Source of the DNA: Polyangiales bacterium
Lineage (GTDB): Bacteria > Myxococcota_A > Polyangia > Polyangiales > Ga0077539
Assembly (NCBI GenBank): GCA_044229975.1
Contig: JBGARZ010000006.1
Location: forward strand, 491,890 to 555,889
Direction of reading: 5' to 3'
Length of the DNA stretch: 64,000 bases
The position numbers and the translations under genes were made by a program. Below, in pieces: positions 9,519 to 17,941 of this stretch; within the stretch, counting starts at the first letter, position 1; every line of letters begins with the position of its first letter. Below the pieces are notes generated by a model, which was not told the origin of the DNA, ran no database searches, and worked only from the letters and a program-made list of their open reading frames with translations.

Positions 9519-11072
9519 GTAAGCGTTCAGGCCCCAACTCCATTGGACAAGAGTTCGGGCGGGATGAGCGACGGCGCCACCACGCCGCGCAGCTTCGCGG
9601 AGATGGCGTCGCACAGGAAGGCGAAGACGCTCCGGGCATGCTGACGGCAGGTCGCCACGACGGTGAGGATGCGACCCGCGAAGACGCGCCCGGCCTCGCT
9701 GTCGCTCCCGTAGCTCGTCTTGCGCCAGATCACGCCGTGACGGATCTGCTGCTCGGCGAAGTTGTTGGTCGGCGGCACGCCCTCGTGATCGACGAAGGTC
9801 CACATCCGCTCGAACGTCTCCAGCAACTCGCCGCACGTCCCGCGGGTCTTGGGCGACGCGGTCTCGGCGCCCTCTTCGAGCAGGCGACGGAACGTTCGCT
9901 TCAGCCGCTCCACCGAGCGCCTCAGCCAGTCCCGATCGCGGCGGCCCTGTTTCACCCAATGCCACCACGTGAAGAGCCGGTCGGTCTCTTTCGCCAGGCG
10001 CTCCCCCAGCGCCGCGTCCACGCCCCCGCGCAGGATGAACTTGGCCCAGTCGCGATCCAGGTGCGCCCAGCAGTACTGGATCCACTTCACCCCCAGCACG
10101 TCGTACGCGCTCCAGCGGTCCACCACCAGGACGCCCCGGAAGTCGATCAGCAGCTTCTTGGCCGACTCGCCCCCGCGGTCGGGGTGCACCTCGAAGAAGG
10201 TCCCCACCACCGTCGCCATCACCCACAACCAGCTCTTGCGGCGACCCCGCCACCAGCTCGTCTCGTCGGCGTGGGCCACCGGTTGCTGTCGCGCCGCCGT
10301 CTTGGCCGCCTCGACCGGCGCCTCCACGGCCTCGGAGACCCGCCGCAGCATCCGCACGATGGTGCCGACCGACATCGTGATGCCCAGCACGGTCAGGAAG
10401 AACGTCACGACGTCGCGGTGGCTCTGCTTGAACTGCCCCACCAACGCGCCCATCAGCGCTTGCGCCCGCGGGCCCAGCATGGTCGTCGGGACGCCCGCCG
10501 GCAGGGCACCCCGGGTGCGCGCCGCGCAGCACGGGCAGGTCAGCTCGTGCATCTGGTACTCGGTGACGTGGGTGAGCTTCTGGGGGAGCTCGATCACCTG
10601 ATGGCGCGTCGGCGTCGGATCCTCCCCCCGCAGGCGCTCGCCGCACGCGGCGCACGCTTCGGGCTTGCACGCCACAACGTCGTCGACCTGCTCGATCGGC
10701 AGCATCTCGCGCCGGTGCCCCTTGTGTCCGCGTTGCCCGCCCTTGGGGCGCCCGCCGCTGGGCGGCCGGGCGGGAGGGCCGTCGCCGGGGCCGTCGCTGC
10801 TGGGCGGTTTGGACGAGTTGCGCGAGGTGGTGCCCAGCCGCTCTTCGAGTTGCGCCACGCGCGCTTCGAGCAACTGCCGGTGCTCGTTGAGGTCGGCGAC
10901 GTGCGCGAGCGCGATGTCCAGCAGCGACTCCAATGCGGTGTAGCGGGCGTGAACCGACGGCGGCGTGACCGCCAGATCGGCCTCGCTCACCGGCGGCAGT
11001 CGGTCGCGCCACGACGTCACACGGCGATCGCTAGACGAACCCGGAGCTCCCCGCAACCCCCTGAACGGTTAC
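9519..11072 (-). mobile_element. IS66-family insertion sequence, single-ORF (ISBst12-like) type, 1554 bp
   Basis: TIRs GTAAGCGTTCAGG (9519-9531) and CCTGAACGGTTAC (11060-11072), 12/13 match; 8-bp TSD TCGATGGC at 9511-9518 and 11073-11080. Confidence 0.95.
9527..11020 (-). CDS. tnpC: IS66 DDE transposase
   Basis: Coiled coil, TSRNSSKPPSSD, GGQRGHKG, CxxC zinc ribbons, AHADET, LVVDRWSAY, QYCWAHL, PTNNFAEQQIR. Likely start GTG 11020; the stop lies inside the TIR. Confidence 0.95.
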   Translation of the reverse strand: MTSWRDRLPPVSEADLAVTPPSVHARYTALESLLDIALAHVADLNEHRQLLEARVAQLEERLGTTSRNSSKPPSSDGPGDGPPARPPSGGRPKGGQRGHKGHRREMLPIEQVDDVVACKPEACAACGERLRGEDPTPTRHQVIELPQKLTHVTEYQMHELTCPCCAARTRGALPAGVPTTMLGPRAQALMGALVGQFKQSHRDVVTFFLTVLGITMSVGTIVRMLRRVSEAVEAPVEAAKTAARQQPVAHADETSWWRGRRKSWLWVMATVVGTFFEVHPDRGGESAKKLLIDFRGVLVVDRWSAYDVLGVKWIQYCWAHLDRDWAKFILRGGVDAALGERLAKETDRLFTWWHWVKQGRRDRDWLRRSVERLKRTFRRLLEEGAETASPKTRGTCGELLETFERMWTFVDHEGVPPTNNFAEQQIRHGVIWRKTSYGSDSEAGRVFAGRILTVVATCRQHARSVFAFLCDAISAKLRGVVAPSLIPPELLSNGVGA

Positions 11073-11100
11073 TCGATGGCTTGTTCGTTGAAACCAGTGT

Positions 11101-11204
11101 TGCAACCTCGCGCAGCGAGGTGACTACCTGAAATAGCCCGGAGTGAGCGACTGCACGCACTCGCGATGGGGTCACGCGAACTCCGGCACACGGCGGGCTC
11201 ATAC
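11101..11204. repeat. Right arm of the 104-bp inverted repeat
   Basis: Inverted copy of 9381-9484; contains ATAGCCCGGAGTGAGC...GCGAACTCCGG, a GTAG-REP-like stem. Confidence 0.95.
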
Positions 11205-11215
11205 GAGCCCCGCAG

Positions 11216-11746
11216 TCAGAAGTTCACGCCCGCGCCGAACATCACGTTGAAGAAGCCCGGCACCGCTCCCCCGAGACCCACCGGGTAGAACTCGACGTTC
11301 ACCGGGTCGAAGGAGAGGTGGAAGTGGTTCTGGAAGACGTACCGGACGCCGACGCCGACGCGGACGCCGAGGGCGGGTGACGCGCTGTTGCCGACGCTGG
11401 TCGCGAGGCCCATGCCGACGCCCGCCGAGGGTGTGATGTACAGCGGGATGTTGGCGCTCACCGGGATCTCGACGCGCACGCCCGGCAGCAGCGAGAAGAG
11501 CGTGTAGCCCGCGCCAAAGCCGATATCGAGCGGAGCTTCCAGCATGATGCGCGTGGTGGAGTTGCGGGCGACGTTGTAGGCGACGCGGGCGCTCACGCGG
11601 GTCTGGGTTCCGATGGCGTCGACGATGCCGATGGACGGGCCGATGCGGAGGTCGAGGCTGGTGTCACCGAGCGTCTGCGCGGAGGCCGAGGACGAGGCGA
11701 CGAGGGGGAGGGCGAGAGCGAGGACGGCGGCGGCGAGGTGCTTCAT
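11216..11746 (-). CDS. Small outer-membrane beta-barrel protein
   Basis: Signal peptide MKHLAAAVLALALPLVASSSASA, alternating beta strands, C-terminal GAGVNF, GGAG RBS. Confidence 0.75.
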   Translation of the reverse strand: MKHLAAAVLALALPLVASSSASAQTLGDTSLDLRIGPSIGIVDAIGTQTRVSARVAYNVARNSTTRIMLEAPLDIGFGAGYTLFSLLPGVRVEIPVSANIPLYITPSAGVGMGLATSVGNSASPALGVRVGVGVRYVFQNHFHLSFDPVNVEFYPVGLGGAVPGFFNVMFGAGVNF

Positions 11747-11805
11747 GGCGATGGACTCCGACTGGTGTTGAGCGCTCCCGTCAGCGGGGCGCGCAGACAC
11801 CCATC

Positions 11806-11819
11806 GCAACCGATGTGCC
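11806..11819 (-). promoter_or_regulatory. Candidate sigma-54 promoter for the OMP gene
   Basis: Minus strand GGCACATCGGTTGC matches GGCAC-N5-TTGC, about 60 nt upstream of ATG 11746. Confidence 0.55.
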
Positions 11820-11912
11820 GCGCGGATTGACCGGGAATTCAGCCGCGAGCGCGAGGTGGTCGCGCCGACGTCGCGCGGGTTGAGCAACGACGGCTCGATC
11901 TGTCGCGCCCGC

Positions 11913-13592
11913 TCACCGCCGTCGCCAGACGTGCACCGGGCCGAACGCCTCGGCCTCGACGTAGCCCGACGTCACCACCGCCGCGAGCTCCGGCGCGTGC
12001 CGTTGCAGGTCCGCCAGCGCCGTGGCCTCGGTCATCCACGGCGAGCGGTCGATGAGCACGCACGCCGCCGGGGGATCGCGCCGCAGCCGCGCGAGCGCGT
12101 CGCCGATGTTGCGCCGCTGCATCGCCTCCAGGCCCCGCACCCGCGCGGGCTCCAGCGTGTTGCGACCCGGCGGCAGCAACAACCCCGCGAGGTCGATGCT
12201 CACGCTGCTGATGAGCGCCGTCGCCGGTCGCCTCCGCGCGTAGAGCAGCACCGGGACGTCGTGCCCGTACACGAACACCCGCGCGTCGTTGGGGGTGTTG
12301 GCCCGCAGCCACGCGGCCCCGCGGCGCAGCTCCAGCGGGAAGTAGTCCGGGATGCCCAACGCCGGACCAGGCGGCTGCGTGTTGATCTCGCCGTCGGCCA
12401 TGCGCTCGTACGCGAGGCACGCCGGCCACAGCAGCGCGCTCGTCGGCTGCAAGCTCACCGACCACGCCGCCAGACCCGCGCCCACCAGGCCCACCGAGAG
12501 CGCGGGCAGCACCTTGCGCGGCGCTCGCTCGACCGCGGTGATCAACACCTGCACCCAGAGCAGCAGCGTGGCCGCGACGGTGACGTGCATGTGGTAGCCG
12601 AAGCCCTTGTGCTGGATCAGCACGATGCACGCCGCCGCCGCGGGCGAGAGGATCACCGGGAGGTTGCTCGCGCGCAGGAAGCGCAACCCGACGAGGGCGA
12701 GGCCCACCACCGTCGACGCCGCCGCGCCGCGCATCCAGGGGAAGGGCTCGGTCGAGTCGTGGAAGATGTCGCGCAGCGGCCGGTCGTAGAGCCCTTTGTA
12801 GAAGAGCGGCCCGTGCACGAAGCCCTCGCGGAGGTAGTCCGAGACGCTGCCGAAGACGAGCATGAACAGCAGCGCCGGGAGCGTCCCGAGCACACCGCCC
12901 ACCACGAGATGCAGCGCGCCCTTCAGGCGATGACCGCGCGGCAGACACGCGAGCGCACCCACCATCAACGGAACGCCCATCAGCCCGAAGTACGGCTTGA
13001 GCGTGGTGGCGAGGCCGACGAGCGCGCCCGCCCCGAGGAGGGCGTTGCGGCGCCACCGATCGGACACGCCGAGGCCGATCGCGCGGGCGCTGAGGGCGGC
13101 GGCGGGCAGGACGAACCACACGGCGAAGGCGTCGCGCTGCGAGAGGTGCCAGGGGAAGGTGCGGAGGTACTCGGCGACCACCGCGGCGCCGACGCACAGC
13201 GCAGCGACGAGGCGCGTGGAGAGAGCAGGAGCGCGGCGCGGGAGGAGGTACCCGGCGGCGCCGACAGAGGCGAGGATGGTGAAGAGTTCGAGGCGGCGGA
13301 AGCGCCCTTCGTCGAGCCCGCCGAGGTGCATGAAGAGCCAGTGCACGGCGTGCGAAAGCGGGGCGTTCATGTCGTGGAGGTCGCGGTAGTCGACGGACCC
13401 GCGCGAGATGGCCCACGCCACGAACTGAAACTGCGCCGGGTCGCGGGCGAGGGGCGAGCGGAGGAAGTGCGATCCGAGCGCGCGGAGCGTCGACACGAGC
13501 AGCGCGAGCGCCGAGAGGCCCACCACGGCGAGCGCGAGACGCGCGGTGATGGCGTCGAGGAGCGAGCGCAGTCGTGGCGGGAGCGGCGGCAC
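11913..13592 (-). CDS. Polytopic membrane protein, GT-C (ArnT/PMT-like) glycosyltransferase-like
   Basis: RDPAQFQFVAW..YRDLHDMNAP loop after TM1, many TM helices, LATTLKP, C-terminal WLRANTPNDARVFVYG domain. Start approximate (GTG). Confidence 0.6.
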   Translation of the reverse strand: MPPLPPRLRSLLDAITARLALAVVGLSALALLVSTLRALGSHFLRSPLARDPAQFQFVAWAISRGSVDYRDLHDMNAPLSHAVHWLFMHLGGLDEGRFRRLELFTILASVGAAGYLLPRRAPALSTRLVAALCVGAAVVAEYLRTFPWHLSQRDAFAVWFVLPAAALSARAIGLGVSDRWRRNALLGAGALVGLATTLKPYFGLMGVPLMVGALACLPRGHRLKGALHLVVGGVLGTLPALLFMLVFGSVSDYLREGFVHGPLFYKGLYDRPLRDIFHDSTEPFPWMRGAAASTVVGLALVGLRFLRASNLPVILSPAAAACIVLIQHKGFGYHMHVTVAATLLLWVQVLITAVERAPRKVLPALSVGLVGAGLAAWSVSLQPTSALLWPACLAYERMADGEINTQPPGPALGIPDYFPLELRRGAAWLRANTPNDARVFVYGHDVPVLLYARRRPATALISSVSIDLAGLLLPPGRNTLEPARVRGLEAMQRRNIGDALARLRRDPPAACVLIDRSPWMTEATALADLQRHAPELAAVVTSGYVEAEAFGPVHVWRRR

Positions 13593-13594
13593 CG

Positions 13595-15898
13595 TCAGTA
13601 CGCGAAGAGCTGGAGGGTCTTGAGCAGGTCGAGGCGCAGGCCGAGGTTGACGTCGTGCGCGAGCGCCCAATCCGCGCCCTCGCGATGGCGCGCGAAGAGG
13701 TCATACGAGATGGTGACCGCGAGCGGCGCGAAGATCGGAACACTCAAGCGCGCGTTGAGTCGCACCAGGGTCTCGGCGGTGTCGGCCCAGGGCTCGCGCC
13801 ACGCGGCCTCGGTGAAGAGCTGACCCTCGACGTCGCGGTCCTGGATGTGGAAGAGCGTCGTGGCGGGGAGCTCGGCGCGCACCACGGCGACGGGCTGCGG
13901 ATGCGCCGCGGGGTCGAGCGACTCCCAGTCCATGCCGACGCCCGCGTTGAGGTTGGCGCGCAGCGGAAGCTCCAGGCGAAGGCCCGCCGTCGGGCGCCAC
14001 TGGAGGTGGTGGTAGTCGCGGACGATGCCGCTGCCCGCCGCGTCGGGGCGCGTAAACTCCGATTCGAGGTAGCTCTCGATGTACGGCAGCGGCGTGTACC
14101 AGCGGCGGTTGCGCCAGAGCCCGCGCCACGCGAGGTGGTCGCGCAGGGCGATGAGGTCGGCGACCTTGAGGAGGCCGGTGTCGTCGGTTCCTTCGATGGT
14201 CTGCTGGTAGCCGAGGCGCATGCGCAGGGTGTTTTCGAAGGTGTACCGGGGCTGCTCGGCGTCGGCGTGACCCTCGGCGTCGACCTGGATGGCGGTGCCC
14301 TGCGAGCGAATGAGCTGCGGGTCTTGATAGGCCGGGTCGGGGTTGGCCGTGATGGTGGTGTTGGCCAGGCTCGCGTCGATGAAGAAGCGAAACGTCCACC
14401 GCGTGCGCTGCGCCGGGTCGATGGGCGCGCGGGTGATGTCGCCGCCGCGGGGCGTCGCGAGCCAGCGCAGGAAGGTCTCGCGCGGACTGCCGACGGCGTC
14501 CTCCTCCCACTCGACGGCGTCGTCGTCGCCCATTCCGCCGTCGCCGCCGTTGGCCACGAAGCCCGTCGCCACCACCCGGTAGTACTGCGCGGCGTCGATG
14601 GGCCGACCGTTGACCTGCAACGCGTCCACGTCACCGCTCACGCCGCGCACCCGGAAGCGCGCGATGTTGGCCGACCGCATGAACGCCTCCAGCGCCTCGC
14701 CCTTGATGCGCCCGACGCGCAGCACGTCGTCGAAGGGCATCGCGCCGAGCACGTCGAGCCGCGACACCCGCTCCGTCAACGGGAAGGTCGGGATGGGTCG
14801 CACCGCGCCGCGGTTGATGACGGCGATCTCGGCGCGGGCGTCTTCGCGGACGACGTCGAGCAGGAGGTTGGTGAAGCCGTCGCGGTCGAGCGGTCGGGTG
14901 AGCCGCGCGCCCGGCAGCGCCTCGGTGGCGATGGTGCAGAGCTGCGCCCCGACGGCCTCGCCCAGCGCCGTCACCGCCGCGGGGACATCGCCCGTGGGCT
15001 CGACGAGCGACGGTGTGGTGGGCGACGGGAGCTGCGTCTCGACCACGCTGCCGGGCTCGGTGGCGAAGACCCGCAGGGCTGATCCGCGCTCGATTTCCAT
15101 GGTGGTGATGTCGCGGTTGAGGTCCTGCGCGAAGACCACATCGGGGCGCTGGTCGCGCGGGAGAGCGCGCACCATCCGCACCGTATCCGCCAGCGTCGCC
15201 GGCCACTCGGGGTCATAGAACGCCACCACGAAGCGCGCCCCCGCCACCCGCGCCGCGAGCACCGCGCGCCCGAGCGCCTCTTCGGGCGGAGAGAGCGTGA
15301 CGCCCTCGGCGCAGTCCTGGGCGATGGCGTGCAGCGCGCCGGGTGCGATGAGCGCCACGACGCCGACGCTGCCCGACGGCGTGGGGAGCACCACCGGGTC
15401 GTCTCCGCCATCGACGACGGCGTCGCAGAGGTCTTGCGCGGAGGCTTCGCAGCGGAGGTTGCTGAGCACGGTGCGGATGCCGCGTTCGGAGAGGGCGCGG
15501 GCGCGGGCGATGACGTCGGCGCGCGGCGCGGAGAGGTCGCGGTGGCCGACCGCGAGGGCGCGCAGCCCGGAGGCGACGACGGCGTCGACGAGGGCCGGGA
15601 GGTGGTCGCGCGTCGCGAGGTGGGCGATGGCCGAGGCGCCGAAGAGGTCGCCGCCGTCGAGGCGAAGAACATCGTCACCGGTGGGATGCTGGAGCGAGCG
15701 GGCGAGGTCGGAGAGGGCGCCGCCGCGCTGGCCGGTGGGGACGCAGGCGAGGCGCGCCGCATCGCCCTGGAGGCCCGACGACACCACGAGACGCAACGGC
15801 GCCGCGGGAGCGGCAGGAGGCGGCGGGGTCTGCGCGAGCGCGGTGGTCACCGGGAGGAGCGAGGCGACGACGAGGGCAAGGCGAGACGCGGGGCGCAT
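13595..15898 (-). CDS. Secreted 5'-nucleotidase-like protein (degenerate metallophosphoesterase + 5'-NT C-terminal domain) with a C-terminal beta-barrel-like region
   Basis: Signal peptide; LDGGDLF, AVGHRDL, VLSNL; AEIAVINRGAVR, MPFDD, VNGRPID..YRVVATGFVANGGDG; then amphipathic strands ending LQLFAY. Confidence 0.75.
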   Translation of the reverse strand: MRPASRLALVVASLLPVTTALAQTPPPPAAPAAPLRLVVSSGLQGDAARLACVPTGQRGGALSDLARSLQHPTGDDVLRLDGGDLFGASAIAHLATRDHLPALVDAVVASGLRALAVGHRDLSAPRADVIARARALSERGIRTVLSNLRCEASAQDLCDAVVDGGDDPVVLPTPSGSVGVVALIAPGALHAIAQDCAEGVTLSPPEEALGRAVLAARVAGARFVVAFYDPEWPATLADTVRMVRALPRDQRPDVVFAQDLNRDITTMEIERGSALRVFATEPGSVVETQLPSPTTPSLVEPTGDVPAAVTALGEAVGAQLCTIATEALPGARLTRPLDRDGFTNLLLDVVREDARAEIAVINRGAVRPIPTFPLTERVSRLDVLGAMPFDDVLRVGRIKGEALEAFMRSANIARFRVRGVSGDVDALQVNGRPIDAAQYYRVVATGFVANGGDGGMGDDDAVEWEEDAVGSPRETFLRWLATPRGGDITRAPIDPAQRTRWTFRFFIDASLANTTITANPDPAYQDPQLIRSQGTAIQVDAEGHADAEQPRYTFENTLRMRLGYQQTIEGTDDTGLLKVADLIALRDHLAWRGLWRNRRWYTPLPYIESYLESEFTRPDAAGSGIVRDYHHLQWRPTAGLRLELPLRANLNAGVGMDWESLDPAAHPQPVAVVRAELPATTLFHIQDRDVEGQLFTEAAWREPWADTAETLVRLNARLSVPIFAPLAVTISYDLFARHREGADWALAHDVNLGLRLDLLKTLQLFAY

Positions 15899-15993
15899 GG
15901 GATGGGTGATCGCGGATAAGCGATGCGCGCGGGTGGTGGCAAGCGGGTCGGGCGAACACGGGACGCCGGAGCGCTGGTGTACCTTCCGGGGCG

Positions 15994-17934
15994 ATGAAGC
16001 TCTTCCTTCGCTCTTGCGTGGTGGTTGGGTGGTTGGCGGCGTGCAGTCCCACGGCGGTCGGTGGGTTGCCCCCCGCGCCCGACGCGGGCGTGGCCGACGT
16101 CCCTGCAACGGACGCTGGCACGACGGACGTCGCCGCGATGGACGTTGCCGTCACGGACGTCCCAGCGATCGACGTCCCAGCGATCGACGTCCCAGCGATC
16201 GACGTCCCTGCGACCGACACCGGGACTCCCCGCGACGCCGTGACGCCGGTCGACGCCCCACGCGTCCCGTGCACCACATCGCGGACGTGCCCTGGGCAGG
16301 TGTGCTCGGCGGTTCTCGGCGTGTGCGTCGACTGCACGGTCGACGGCGACTGCCCGTCGACGCAGCGGTGCCGCGACTACGCCTGTATCGACCGCCCGCC
16401 CTCGTGCCGCACCTCCCGCGAGTGCAGCGCGATGGGCCTCGTGTGCAACCTGACCCGCAGTGAATGCGTCGAGTGTGTCGGTGACGTCGACTGCGAGACC
16501 GGCCGCTACTGCCGAGACGACGGAACCTGCCAGGCCCGCATCTGCGACCCCGGCGCGACGCGCTGCGCCGACGTCGCTCGCCAGATCACCTGCGACACGC
16601 GCGGATCATCCGAGGCCACCACCGCGTGCCCCTCCGGGCAGACCTGCCGCGCCGGGAGCTGCCGCATCCAGGTGTGCGCGCCCGGCAGCGTGAGCTGCGA
16701 CCCGACGACGATGAACCCGCGCACCTGCGACGCCGACGGCGGCGGATACACCGCCTCGACCTGCCCCGCGATGCACTCGTGCCGCGAGGGCATTTGTACG
16801 GCGTGGACGTGCACGCCGGGCTCCGCCACCTGCGCGTCATCGGGCGCGCGGCGCACCTGCAACGCCGACGGGCTCACCACCACGACGACGGCGTGCGCGT
16901 CGGGCCAGAGCTGCAACGGCGGCGTCTGCGTGGCCCAGTCGTGCGTTCCGGGGAGCATCGTCTGCGCGGACGCCAACACCCGCTCGATCTGCAACGCCGA
17001 CGGTCTCGGGTCGACGCCGTCACCGTGCTCGTCCTCGCAGCGTTGCAGCGGCGGAGTCTGTCGCGCGCTCGTGTGCACCCCAGGGACATCGACCTGCGTC
17101 GACGCGCGCACGACCAGCACCTGCAACCCCGACGGGCTCGCCGCGACGACCGTCGCCTGCCCGAGCAGCTCCACCTGCGTCGACGGCGTGTGCAACTCCT
17201 GGGTGTGCACGCCCGGCGCCGCGATGTGCGCGAGTTCGACCTCGCGGTCGGTCTGCAACGCGGACGGACTCGGGACGACCGTCGGCGCGTGCCCTGCGCC
17301 CGCCAACGCCAGCTCGCCGAGCTGCTCCGGGGCGGGCGTCTGCGCGTTTTCGTGCAACGCGGGCTTCGACAACTGCAACGGCGTCGCCAGCGATGGCTGC
17401 GAGGCGTCGCTCGCGACGAGCGCGAACTGCGGCCGCTGCGGGACGACGTGCAGCGGGAGCTGCTCCACTGGCACCTGCGTCGCGGCGACGGGCGTGACCT
17501 ACGGCCAGGCGACGCAGCTCCCCACGTCCAACTCGTTCGGTGGCAACTACCTGCTCGGCCACCGGGTGACCGTGACGGCCGCGGGCACCATCGCGACCTT
17601 CGGGATCTTCAACCAGTCGACGGTCGGGCGCGGCATGATGGCGCTCTACACCGACGCCTCGGGCCGACCGGGAACGCTCGTCGCGCGAACGGAAGCCTTC
17701 GCCATCACGGGCGGCCGCCAGGAGATCGCCGCGATGCCGACCGCCCCGATCGCCGCCGGCTCCTACTGGCTCATGGCCGTCTACGATCGGGACAACACCG
17801 GTTACTCCGACCGGTCGAGCAGCAACTCGATCGCGTACATCGTGTTCACCTTCGGCACGACGCCACCGACGACCTTTCCCACGCCGATGACCTACACGAG
17901 CGGCACGTTCAACTACTACATCCGGATGATGTGA
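15994..17934 (+). CDS. Cys-rich repeat lipoprotein with a C-terminal beta-rich domain
   Basis: Lipobox LAAC, DVPAI repeats, about six ~44-aa modules CxPG..C..CxxDG..C..C..GxC, and CNAGFDNCNG..DGCE..NCGRCG. Confidence 0.85.
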   Translation: MKLFLRSCVVVGWLAACSPTAVGGLPPAPDAGVADVPATDAGTTDVAAMDVAVTDVPAIDVPAIDVPAIDVPATDTGTPRDAVTPVDAPRVPCTTSRTCPGQVCSAVLGVCVDCTVDGDCPSTQRCRDYACIDRPPSCRTSRECSAMGLVCNLTRSECVECVGDVDCETGRYCRDDGTCQARICDPGATRCADVARQITCDTRGSSEATTACPSGQTCRAGSCRIQVCAPGSVSCDPTTMNPRTCDADGGGYTASTCPAMHSCREGICTAWTCTPGSATCASSGARRTCNADGLTTTTTACASGQSCNGGVCVAQSCVPGSIVCADANTRSICNADGLGSTPSPCSSSQRCSGGVCRALVCTPGTSTCVDARTTSTCNPDGLAATTVACPSSSTCVDGVCNSWVCTPGAAMCASSTSRSVCNADGLGTTVGACPAPANASSPSCSGAGVCAFSCNAGFDNCNGVASDGCEASLATSANCGRCGTTCSGSCSTGTCVAATGVTYGQATQLPTSNSFGGNYLLGHRVTVTAAGTIATFGIFNQSTVGRGMMALYTDASGRPGTLVARTEAFAITGGRQEIAAMPTAPIAAGSYWLMAVYDRDNTGYSDRSSSNSIAYIVFTFGTTPPTTFPTPMTYTSGTFNYYIRMM

Positions 17935-17941
17935 CGTCGCC

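Noticed and set aside
9381..11204. 104-bp arms as the terminal inverted repeats of the IS
   Set aside because: True IS66 ends (GTAA..TTAC) and an 8-bp TSD lie inside them, so the arms belong to the target.
16150..16212. 15-bp tandem repeat GACGTCCCAGCGATC
   Set aside because: In-frame DVPAI linker repeat of the lipoprotein; ordinary.
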